Notes under the pieces: generated by a model | What the model was told of the DNA's origin: nothing | Databases searched by the model: none | Seen by the model: the letters and a program-made list of their open reading frames with translations, nothing else | Translations under genes and position numbers: made by a program | NCBI RefSeq assembly: GCF_036321535.1 | Contig: NC_087436.1 | Span: 42,038,001 to 42,102,000 of the forward strand | DNA from: Camelus dromedarius | Lineage: Eukaryota | Direction of reading: 5' to 3' | DNA: 64,000 bases | In this document: positions 43,784-55,140 of the stretch, one piece after another | Position numbering within the stretch: the first letter of the stretch is position 1 | Layout: each line of letters begins with the position of its first letter

Positions 43784-45619
43784 AAAGATTCCTGTGACAC
43801 AGAAAAGGAGCAAATAATAGATCTATTTTTGCTAAATGAGAATGTTCATATAACATAGAGAAAATAAATAGTATTTTTCCACAGCGTCAAGATATAAAGG
43901 TAAACAGTTAAGGTATTTGTCATGGTAGAGTGACATTTTAAAGATTTCTATGATACTGTGAAATAGGTTACTTTTATTTTTTACTTTAAATTTTCTGTCT
44001 GTGTAGGATTAAGATAATCAATCTCTTAGTGCTTATAAGCAGAGATTTTAAAAGAATGAAAGAAAGAAAGTGGTTCTGTGTTGTACAGAATTTAAATGTA
44101 CAGAAATTAATCCCATATTGGAGAATTCATTAAAGTAAAGGTCCTCTCTGTCCTTTCAAACAGTTGCTTACTTAGTAATTAATGATAGGTCAGCTGGTCT
44201 AAATAAGAAGTAGGAGAACTATGCCCTTGAATCTTTCCCATCCCCTTTGGTGAATGCCCACTCCTTCTGTTCCATCATTCCAAAATGTAATGTTTCAGTC
44301 CTCCCTTCTTGACTGGCAAGACCCCAGAAATCCCCTTTAGAAAGCCTTTTTCATGTGGTAACTTATTGAATCCTTTCACTAACCACAGAGCATGACCATT
44401 TTTGTCATTTGTAGCCCATTTCTTTAGTATCCCTGCTCACTGCTCTGAGGTGGGTGCAGTGTGGGGCAAGTGGAACGAGCTAAGACTGTGACCTTGTTTC
44501 CACTCCTAACTCCATTACTAACTGCATCACCATCAGTAAGCCTCCATGAGGTTGTGCTTCCTCACTTGAAAATGGGAAAGTTTATTCTATAGAATACTGT
44601 CTTCTTCAGATGTTAATAAGCTTTAAGAAAAATGTTAAGCAGTATAAAATAGTGTTATTTCTGGCATAACTTTCCAGGACTTCTACTGTGCAGGTGTTCA
44701 CTTAAATCTTCACAGTGGAGCCATGGTGTGCACCACTTCCCAGCTTTATTTCATTATGAAACCCTGTGTTATCAGAACATCTTATAGAAGTAGTATCATA
44801 GACAGCAGATTTAGGGAATATGGCTCTTGATATTTCTCTGTACTAGAATTCTACCCTATGTCTTTTTGAACGTAAGAAAAGTAAAGGTATAAACGTCCAG
44901 TAATAACAGTAGTATTAATGGGTTTTCTCAGACATACTTAATCAAAATACCCAGGGTAAGGGGGTTAAGAATCTAAAATCATCATGGGTGAGGGTAATAT
45001 AACAAGCAAGAAAAGTTCAAGTGAATGACTGAACTTACGCAAAAGTAAAGGGAATTGTTCTAAAGCCTAAAACAATGCGTACTTGTGAAACCGGAGGGGT
45101 GGTTTAGTAATGAAGCCAGCTTTTGCCCTGGCACCTTTGCCTGGGTTAAGAAGCCACAGAACCTAAATATTTAAAGTAAGCCAGAAGAAAAAACAGGATG
45201 ATGTCCTCTGTGAATGAGCCTGAAAAAAAAAAATCGACCCAAAGAAGGAAATGTGAAAATACTTATCAGTCTTCCCCTTTATAATTCTTAACCACAAGTC
45301 CATATGGATTTGGTTCTAGAACTGACACTACTTTGATAACTCCAAAATCCCAAGAAAAAAGTAATCTCAATTGGCCTTAGTTGTGATGGCCCAATGTACC
45401 TGTAAGATGCTCAAACAAACTCTGAAAGATGACACTTTAACTGCACCACCAGAGGCCCCACTCTGGTTGTTGGTGGTAAAGGAGTAAGTGGCCCTTGACT
45501 TCATGGAGGTTAGACTCTAGTGCACCCCAGTGCGTCTCAGACATCCACCAGCGGTATAAGAAAGAAGGCAGGAAAATATAACATGTTTACATGTCCTGGG
45601 TCAACTTTTCATTTTAGTG

Positions 45620-45745
45620 TAAAGATGGTTTTATGTTAGAAAATCAATTGATGGAATTCACCATGTTAACAGATTGAAGGAAAACAGACATATGATCACA
45701 TTAAGAGAGGCAGAAACAAAGGCACTTGATGAGAATCAAAGCATT
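45620..45745 (+). mobile_element. L1 ORF2 reverse-transcriptase fragment
   Basis: Translates RWFYVRKSIDGIHHVNRLKENRHMITLREAETKALDENQ, compared with L1 GWFNIRKSINVIHHINR.K.KNHMIISIDAEKAFDKIQ. Confidence 0.75.
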
Positions 45746-46129
45746 TATTTATTTATTCTTGTGCTAGACACAGAGTGATAAATCTTTAACCCAAAACACA
45801 TCTTTGTTAAACAGATACTCTTTTAAATATGTATATGAAATATTCATGATAAAAAATGTTTATATAATAGCATCCTATGTGATTGTATTTCATAGCCATG
45901 TCTAATAATTACTGTTCTGTCCGGAGTAAATGTAAATATATTGAGCAAAAATAATCTACAAATGTATTTTCAGTAAAAACTCTAGACTTGTAAAAATAAC
46001 ACATATAGAAGCATACCATCTCTCACTATCAGTTCCAGCTAACCTTAGAATATAATATCGGTAATGCACACAGGTGTGAGTTCTTGTTGGCTTCACCTGA
46101 GGTTGTCTTTTTCTGTTGTTGTTGTTCAT

Positions 46130-47335
46130 TTTTTAATAATAGCTTTATTGAGGTCATTCACATTCCATAAAATTCACCTTTTGAAGGTGTACAGTTCAGT
46201 GTTTTTATTATATTCACAGGAATGTGTAACCATCACCATTATCAAATTTTAGGATAATTCCATAACCCTCAAAATAAATTCTGTGCCAATAGCAGTTAGC
46301 CTCCATTTCCCCCTTCTTCCCAGCCCCTGGAAACCACTAATCTACTTTCTTTCCTATGGATTTCCCTTTTCTAGATGATATAAAAGTAATTATTCAATGT
46401 GTGACCTTTGCATCTAGATTCCTTCACTTAGCATAATGTTTTCAAGAGTCATCTGTATTGTAGCAAGTATCCATACTTCATTTCTTTCTGTGGCAGAATA
46501 CTATTCAATTACACAGGTATACCACATTTTGTTTATCCATGCCATCCAGTTGGTGGACATTTGGGCTATTATAACTAACATTTGTATGAACACTTGTGTA
46601 CAAATTTTTATGTGGACATATGTTTTCAGGTCCCTTGAGTATACACCTAGGAGTGGAATTACCAGCCTTACAATAACTCTATGTCTAACATTTTGAAGAA
46701 CTGTCAAACTGTTTTCCTAAGTGGCAGCAACATTATACATTTCTACCAGTGTGTACGTGGGGTCCAATTCTTCCACATCTTCACCAACACTAGTTATTCT
46801 TTTTTTTTAAGCATCTATGAGCATGAAGTAGCATTTCACTATACTTTTGACTTGCACTTCTCAAATGACATTATCTTTTCACTTGCTGTTGGACTACTGT
46901 TTATATCTTTTGAAAAACATCTATTCAAATCGGTTATCCATTTTTAATTAGGTAAATTGCCTTTCTATTGGTGAATTTTGAGAGTAGTTTATATATTTCT
47001 GTACAGGTCCCTTATCAGATATATGATTTGCAAATATTTTCTCTCCCCATATGAGCTGTCTTTTCACTTTTTTGATGGTGTCCTTGGAAGCACAAAATTT
47101 AAATTTTCATGAAGTCCAATTTATCTTTTTTTTTGGTCACTTGTGCTTTTGGTGTCGTATCTAAGAAACTATGCAGATTTACTCCTCTTTTCTTCTAAGA
47201 ATCTTATGCCTTCAGCATTTAGACACAAGTCTGTGATTCACTTTGAGTTAATTTTGTATATGTATAAGGTAGGTAACCTAATTTCATTTTTTGCATATGG
47301 ATATCCAGCTAACTCAGTGCCATTTGTTAAAGTCT
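46130..47335 (-). mobile_element. L1MB-like 3' end (about 1.2 kb)
   Basis: tagctttattgagg...ccataaaattcaccttttgaaggtgtacagttcagtg...cagcccctggaaaccactaatctactttct...ttatcagatatatgatttgcaaatattttct; ORF 46501..46707 (IPLLGVYSRDLKTYVHIKICTQVFI) is the decayed ORF2 C-terminus. Confidence 0.88.
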
Positions 47336-47525
47336 TCCTTAAGTTTTAATAAATGAGAAGGTGTAAATGAAATCCAGATGAAATGGCCAAGCCGCTCACA
47401 AACTTCCCCTTTAGACGTAAACTAGAGCTTGTAGATAGCGTGGGAACTTTACCAGAGCTCGTAATTCTGAAAAACTGGCGCTCAACGTCTATTCTGGCCA
47501 ACGTGGAAAGTCTTGGCAGCAAATT

Positions 47526-47631
47526 TTTTTGGTGGGGGAGGTAATTAGGTTTATTTACTTATTTATTTATTGAACCCAGGATCTCCTGCGTGCTAGGTAT
47601 ACATTCTACCCCTGAGCTATACCCTCCCCGA
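47526..47631 (-). mobile_element. tRNA-derived SINE, camelid Vic-1-like, with perfect 14-bp TSD
   Basis: Minus strand reads GGGGAGGGTATAGCTCAGGGGTAGAATGTATACCTAGCACGCAGGAGATCCTGGGTTCAATAAATAAATAAGTAAATAAACCTAATTACCTCCCCCACCAAAAA, with A-box and B-box remnants. TSD cttggcagcaaatt at 47512-47525 and 47632-47645. Confidence 0.88.
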
Positions 47632-47964
47632 CTTGGCAGCAAATTGAATCGTTTCATATGTAAGTCTCCCGCAAACTAAACAATTTCCTACTGGCCAGTA
47701 AACTTGTGAATAATTTTGGAATTTTAAATATAGCAGTTAAAAGCCACATTCACTTCCTAACATGAGAAACAGGTGCCCATTCAATCACTAAGTGTATCTT
47801 ACAAGCTGCATGTCAAGTAATAGCCAAGTGGGAAAGATTCTGCGGTGAGTAAGGCAGAGGCAGGCTCTGTCTTGAGGGAGTCTGACCAGCCGTCCTCATA
47901 AAGCAATATGCTGTGGGTTTTTTTCCCTAGAAGATGATGCTCTATTTCATTTCCTTTCATACAT

Positions 47965-48310
47965 TTTTTTATTCATTCATTCATTAAAACTAATTGCCTA
48001 CTCTGTGTCAGGCACAAGCTAGGGAAGAATAATACAACAGTATTGAAAAGCGGATACCATTCTGGTCTCACAGGACTTTAAACCTAGGGATGAAGATTCT
48101 TATTAGTCAAATAAACTGTACACCAAAGACACAACAGCTGCTACAAAAAAAAGATTAACGATGTGGTGAAATTCTCTCATGGAGGGATGAATCTGACCTT
48201 GTCAGAAATCAAGGGAAATGTCTCAGCAAAAAGCACTTCATCTAAGATCTGAAGGCAGAATGGCATGGAAGAAATCGGGATGCCCTGAGGAGAAAGGGAT
48301 ACCAATTTTC
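47965..48310 (-). mobile_element. L2 3' end
   Basis: attcattcattcatt...gcctactctgtgtcaggcac...ggtctcacaggactttaaacctagg. Confidence 0.7.
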
Positions 48311-49829
48311 CAAGCAAACACGGTATTAACCAGGAGTGGTGTATTTGCTTGCTTGCTTTTAAGTCAGAGCAAGATGATTAGATGCTTCTGCCTGAATTTA
48401 GGGAGCAATGCCCAGGTCTGTTGTTTTCATGTCTTCTGTGCTGTCAGCCTTCATAGCCTGCTGGCCATGTGTTTCACCTGTACAGTTCTCTGTTCCTTCT
48501 CTAGCAACCTGCCATTTCTAGTTAAACTCCTAGATAGCACTATAATATCATAGTGAGGTCCTCCCAACCTAGTCCCATCTGTGCTCCTTCACAAGACTGT
48601 CTAAGCCCTCGGAGGTCACTCTGTGAAGCTCTTCTTGGCACAACTGTGACACAAACAAGTTATAAAACCTCGAACAAATTTCTTTGCCTTACTTAACCCC
48701 AGTTTTCTCAATGGATGGCTTTTATTGCCCCTTCTAGCCATAAAATGAGAAGATCCTACGTTCAGCAAATTTCTCCACTCCTTCTGCATTTCAAACTAGC
48801 CATCCTTCTTGTCATTCCTAAGGATACTCCAGTGCAGCCTAATTGTATCATTTTCCATAAAGTAGCCCATGCAGAGAAGATGCTCCTTGCATCGGAACAC
48901 TGTGCTATCCCTTGGAGCGTGGTTTCGAGTCTACCCTTTTCTTCAGGAATTTCTGAACTGCCAAAAACAGAGTTGGCTTGAGAAGGGAGAGAAGAAGAAG
49001 GAATGCTCAAATGAATCACGAGAGTTGACTCTCCTCAGTGCAAATTGTTATTCGCCTCCTGTGAGTGGGTAAATGACTATTTGCAAAGCTATTACAGGTC
49101 TCATTAATTGTCATTATTATTCACAGGTATCACTGCAATTACCAGAGGGCCTCTGTACACTTTACCTTGGGGTTCTCTTTTTAATTAGTCATATTTAATG
49201 TAAATAGCTGACCTCCTTGCATAATGAATAAGGCACAGGAAGAACACAGCAAGGTGATTAAAAACAGGATCTTCCTTGTAAGACAGAGAAAGGAGTGAAT
49301 CTATGAGGATCAATCAGTGGTACTTCATCACCAAGCACCGACTGCAATTTTACCTGCACAGAGACCAAGAGCAATGACATCGTTACACATGCAGAATAAT
49401 GACATTTTAATGGACTTCCTGTCCTCCAGGGAGGGAGAGGAGAGACTCTGTTTTCCAGAGCCTGGAAATCAGGAATTAAATTGTCAACAAGACTCCTATC
49501 ATCCTGTTATTTAAACATTTAACACAATGCCCTGGTGAAGGATGATTAATAGGAAACCTGCCCGTGGTATCAATTTATGTTGCTGGAACTCATTGTCAAG
49601 TGACATAAGCACATTGCAGATTTACAATATATTTAGGCTGATTTGTTCTTATGGTTCACTCGAATATAATATTGGGTTGTTTATCTACATCTAGCAATTT
49701 CTAATCCACAAAGTAATAATTTTTGTTTTGTTAATGCAATTGTTTCATCAGCCCTTTTGCAAATAATATTAGGAATAAACTTTCAAAGAAGCATTTGTCC
49801 TTCGCTATAATATACAATGTTTGCTACTT

Positions 49830-51370
49830 ACATCAGTCAGTCAAAACTGTTACTGAGCACCTACCACACTGTGCTAGTTGCTGAAGTGAAAGATTAATGA
49901 TAACAGAAGTGTAATTAACTGTTACAGCAAGTATTTTAACAGGCCATAATCAAAAACTTTAAAGAAGGAAGAGATGTATGGTAACTGAAGCTATTGGATA
50001 AACTTCATAGAAGAAATAAAGATGGAACTGGACCTGATAATATATCTTGACAGGTTTATATATAAAAAAGAATGATAATCCAGACAAAGGGACACACCAA
50101 ACCAAAACAAAAGGTGGGAAGATTTTTCTTATATTTTTAGGTCAGTGAAAACCTTCTCCTAAAGGGCTCATTTTGAGAAGCAGCAAAGAAATATAGAATA
50201 GATAAACAGGAAAAAAAAATGTATAGAGTTTCAAAATGCAAGAAGAAGGTTATAAACTTGCTATGTGAAAATCATAATTTATAAGTATGGCTCTTGGCAG
50301 TTCTTTCAAGTGTTCTCCCAGTTAATCATCTGCAGTGGGCAGGCCAGACATTGTCATCAATCCTCAATTAATAGATGAGAAAACAGCCCCACTATGAGTC
50401 AGGGGAGAGTAAGTAGTAGCCACAGCTTGTTGAGGTGATCTGACTTCAGGGGCAGGAATCCGACAAGATGACTGTGTCTGTCAAAGGAAATTATCCTTAC
50501 TGCTCATCCAGGATGGATTAGGGAGATGAGAAGCTGGAGTCAGGCATCAGCTTCAGTGTCTCCTTTGACTCAGATGATGGGATGGATATGGAATAGTCTG
50601 AGGACTCTTAGTCTAGACGAATAGTCTAGAAGTGTGATGAACCAAAGAAGACTAGTTCAGAAAGCAGATAATGATGAAACTCATAAAGATTCATTTGCAG
50701 ATACTAACTACTATATGTAAAATAGATAAGCAACAAGGTCCTACTGTGTAGCACAGGGCACTATATTCAATATCTTGTAATAATCTATAATTAAAAAAGA
50801 ATATATATGTAACTGAATCACTATGCTGTACACTGGAAACACAACACTGTAAATCAACTATAAATCAATTAAAAAAAATTCAGATTTTGATTAAGCAGAT
50901 AGATTTTACCAAGGATTGAATCCACATTCAGATTTGTATATTTGAATCTAATATCCAAAAGGAAATAGACGTTCTGGGTGAGAAGACAAGGATAAAGACA
51001 AAGTTAGTGTGGAGGTGATGGAAGTGAGGAAATGAAGGAGCCCTGTAGAACAGGTGCCAGCACCTAGTTCACTGGCACCTAGCAACGAGTTACTAAGCCC
51101 TGTGAGAGAAGAGGAAGAGGTAAACGTGGGTGCAGGTACAGGTAGGTTTTTACACCCATCCCTCTCTGCCCTAGCCCAAACCCAATTTGGGATTACTCAA
51201 CTATTAAGTCTTTGATTTCCTTTGAAGTGAGGGTAGACAAGAGAGCTTTGACAAAAACTAGAGCATGTTTGATAAAGTTATCATGGAGAATGGGAAAGGG
51301 AGCTGACAAGAGAAACATGGCAGTCGGGTGGTGTTAAAAGACCAGCTGAAGTTGCAACTATACCTTTAGA
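49830..51370 (-). mobile_element. Fragmented L2, interrupted by younger insertions
   Basis: cagtcagtcaaaactgttactgagcacctacc (L2 tail) followed by purine-rich antisense-L2 sequence; boundaries are approximate. Confidence 0.5.
50693..50878 (+). mobile_element. 5'-truncated L1 3' end (older subfamily)
   Basis: atttgcagatactaactactatatgtaaaatagataagcaacaaggtcctactgtgtagcacaggg...aactataaatcaattaaaaaaaa; possible 9-bp TSD aaagattca / aaaaattca. Confidence 0.85.
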
Positions 51371-52816
51371 GTGGTTAATAAGATCGCGGAAGCTTTACGG
51401 AGACTAGTTGAAATGGCGCTAAATGCTGGATTAGAGCAGTAAAAGTGTGTTCCCTCTGTGAAAGCAGACTTGTTTAGGGAGGAAAGCAGTATCTCAAGAA
51501 AGTAGTCACTTGCATGAAAATCTGTGAATCCTCAGGGACAATGCACGTTGACTAGTAAATATATCACTAAAGAGAAATGGAACGGGAAATGGAAATACTA
51601 CTATTGTGGAAGTATTCTAGACCATCTGATCCACTCTTGTCACAAAGATTAGGAGCCATTGGCAACTTCCAAATACTAGGAAATCCCTGGCATTTGGTTT
51701 GGCTAATAAGCATAATCCCTGACAAATTCTCACTGTGCTGAAAAATCCATCTTGGAGAGAAAGAAAACCACTACTCCAGACCCATAAGGATGAATTTGTG
51801 TTGAAGTGAAATTAGCAGGAATCAGAAAGGATGAAGCCACAGAGAATTTGAAAACAGAGAAAACAAGATTTTTTTTGGAGAGTTAAGCTATTAATACATA
51901 AAGTTTTAAAGCAGAAATAGGCAAATTTGCCTTGGGGACTGTGGGCCAACAAGGAATGTTTTATGTTTCTGCATGCTTAAGTCTTTCTAAGCAAATCACT
52001 GAAACTTGGCACTTGGATTTAAGACAAGCCTTTGCAGGTAATTTATGACTGATTGGCTAGCAAAAGATAAGAGAGATTTAGTTGTTAATAGGGAGGTAAA
52101 TGGCTTATCGACAAGACTCTTAGCAATCAGGATTCAATAAGCTAAGATGTCTAATAAAAACTCTGGTGTATATGATTAGAAATGGAAGGAAAGAATTGGG
52201 CAAAATCACACTTTCAAATGTCAGCAGTGTTTTTGGTGTTATCCTGGGCCAACGATCCTACTCAACTATAGCAGAGTTTCTCAAAATTGAATAGGCTATG
52301 GAGCTTTTTATAGAAGAAAACATACTGAGAGCCTTGAAAATACTGTCCTCAAACGTATACAAGGCTGTTCACATCAATTTCAGAACATTTAATTGAGAAT
52401 TAAAAATTATTTTCAACTGTGAATAATTCCTAAAAAGAAATGGAGCCTGATCTTCATAATTCATTTTTTATGAATCTAAAAGTGTAAAGCAGAAGTAAAA
52501 TATAATCAAAAAGTTAATAAATCCTCAAAACACATTGAAAGTCTTTCGAAGTTCCTGAACAGCAGTGTGAAAAATATTTCATATTTAGATATTTCCTTCT
52601 CACTAAGATAGAAGCATCACATTCTCACAGAGTGATGCCCTAATGATTAAAACCATCCAACTCATTTTAATTAATCTGATTTCATGATTTTAGATTACAA
52701 TTTGACTTTCGGTGCACGTTTGACTACAGAGAAAGAATAAGCTCATCATTTAATGCAAGTATCCACATGTCCTGGTTGATACAGATTTGTTAGGGTAAAT
52801 TCATAAACTGTCATCC

Positions 52817-52823
52817 TGTTTTG

Positions 52824-52852
<29 letters not shown>
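52817..52852. repeat. (GTTTT)n pentanucleotide microsatellite
   Basis: About 7 perfect GTTTT units. Confidence 0.9.
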
Positions 52853-52854
<2 letters not shown>

Positions 52855-54309
52855 TATTTTGCTGTGCTTTTGGCTAGTTTTGCAGCTAGGCTGGTGACTG
52901 TGCATACATTAACAATTATATTTCCAAGACAGCAAATCTGGGAACAAAAGCCTGAAAGGTGATCATCAGTCACTTCTTCTGAAGGATGACCAGCTTTCCT
53001 CAGGTGGCACTATTCCTCTCATTGCAAAACAGAAACAAGGACAAAGAAACTCTGTCATTTTAGAGTTTATAATAACTGAGAAGATGGAGTCATGTATCCT
53101 GGAAGGCAGAAATCCAAATATTTAGGAAAGGGTATTGATCTCACGATATGAGATTTTGTCCTAGAAAGTGCTTAGGGGTTCTCAGAAATAAAATATTTAT
53201 TTTTTAAATCATAAATGATCCCATCAAGAAAGATAGAAGATGATAGCTAAAAAATGCCAGGAAAAGTATATACAGTGTGTTCACACGAGCTCACACTTTA
53301 AAATCCACACAAAATGGTGGGGAAAATGTACTTAAAGATAAATAAGGAGATGTCACACAGCAATATGATCAATGTCCTCGCATCTAAAGCCCCTAATGAG
53401 TTTAGGCTTAAAAAAAATTGCTCTTAACAATGTTTATTCTTCTGTTTAAATTCAAATCAAAAAAAGGTGATGAAATACGAAGGCTTGTTTTCAGCAGCCT
53501 ATGGTGTACTATTGATGGACAACATGAGGCATATCTTCTCTGTTATCATGTTCCTATTGTCCCTCTCAAGGAGAATGATTTTCAGCATGGTAAGAAGGAA
53601 ATAAAACATAATATGAACAAGGAGATTGCACAAGAATAGCCAGGCTGCTGTAAGTGAATCAAGTTCTCATGGTGGGAAGATAATTGTATATCAGGATATA
53701 GGAAAATGTGTAAATGAGATCAGTGAACTACTGTTGGAAACCTTTGAAGACTTTGTAGAGTATGAATAATGCCAAAGTCCTGTGGAGAAATAAATACCAC
53801 AGCTAATTTAAAAAGAGGAAAGAAATAGAGTCATTTATCATTTTATTATTTATTACATATTTATTATTTATACATTTATTTTTTCCTACTAATTTCATAC
53901 AGGCTTTGAGGGGATTTACACAACAGCACCATTGAAATAATAACAACAATCAGTGAAATATAACAGAAAAAAATCATTAAATGGGGTGGAGAGGGCAAGG
54001 CCCTAGTGGTTGGTGCTTGACGTGCTTGTAAGTAGCTTATGTCTTCTCCAAGCTGGACTCTTTTCCACTGGCCACAGCTAACTGACTGATTCAGGGTTGA
54101 GCAGATAATCATCTGTGGACCATTCAGATGATTATTTCCAGCAAACCGAAGTTCAGAACGAGGTAACATGGAGGCTGGAATTTGTTGGAGCTCCATTGCA
54201 TACAGTGCCCTAGATATAAATTGAGTGAAGTGTCTGCTGAGATTCTCACAGCTGACCTGGATCCTTCTCTCCCTGAGACGTGATGATCGATCTTGTCTTC
54301 TGATACTTT

Positions 54310-54830
54310 CCTCTACAGGCTAACTGTTGTCAACAGGAAGCCTTCAGGTATCAGCCACTGACCACAGGAAAAATGTGTCTGCTGCTAACACAATAGCCCG
54401 ATGGGAGTGGTGTTGGTAAGATGGCTCTCTTAGGAGGTGTCCTTCATTTGAAAATTTATAGACTTTGGCAGCTTCTTCCATCTTGTGACTCTGCCTTCCT
54501 CTAAATCCTGAGTTGAGCAAGGGAATAAAGAAAGTGTTTATGGTCCAGCCCTGAAAGTGTCAGAATCACTTCTACACTATCCATTGACTAGAACTCAGTC
54601 CAATGGTCACACATTATCTGCATACCATCTAGCTGTGTGCCCAAGAGAGAGAAAAAGAGTTTGGTGACCAGCTAGTCAGTCACTGCCATAGTTAACCCTT
54701 CTGGTCACCAAATGCCTCTTACTCCTTCTCCCACACAGGAACATATTTACCTCACACTCAAGAGACACCATTCAAACATCATGTAGTCACTACATCCTGT
54801 TCACATTCCCAGGAAAGGGCAAAAGCTTGC
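54310..54830 (-). mobile_element. MaLR LTR (MLT1K-like) plus start of internal sequence
   Basis: cttccatcttgtgactctgcc...ccattgactagaactcagtc...tctagctgtgtgcccaagag...gagtttggtgaccagctag, then internal cccttctggtcaccaaat. Confidence 0.7.
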
Positions 54831-54942
54831 TGCCAAGTCTCCATCACACTCAGCATTCTTTGTCTAAGCTGATAAGAGTAGATTTACGATGAATGCAACC
54901 AAAAACGTTACCTAATAAGCAACAACTGAAAACAGTTTTAAG

Positions 54943-55140
54943 GCAGTATTTTTTAGTATGAGCTGGATCTTGGAATTACTTAGAAAGTTTTTTATTTTTT
55001 TGTTTTTTTTCTTTTTAATACAAATAGGCTCTACCTTCAAAAATTCTGATTTAATTTAACTGGCTTGGGACCCTGTCATTGGTATGCTTTAAACACTCCC
55101 CAGATGCTTTAATGTTCAGGCAGGACTGAGAACTATGTCT
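54943..55140. mobile_element. MER5-like hAT-Charlie MITE
   Basis: ttggaattactt...aattctgatttaattt...ggtatgctttaaacactccccagatgctttaatgttcaggcaggactgagaactatg. Confidence 0.7.

Noticed and set aside
47560..47631. tRNA gene
   Set aside because: Lacks the 3' acceptor stem and has an AT-rich tail and TSD, so it is a SINE.
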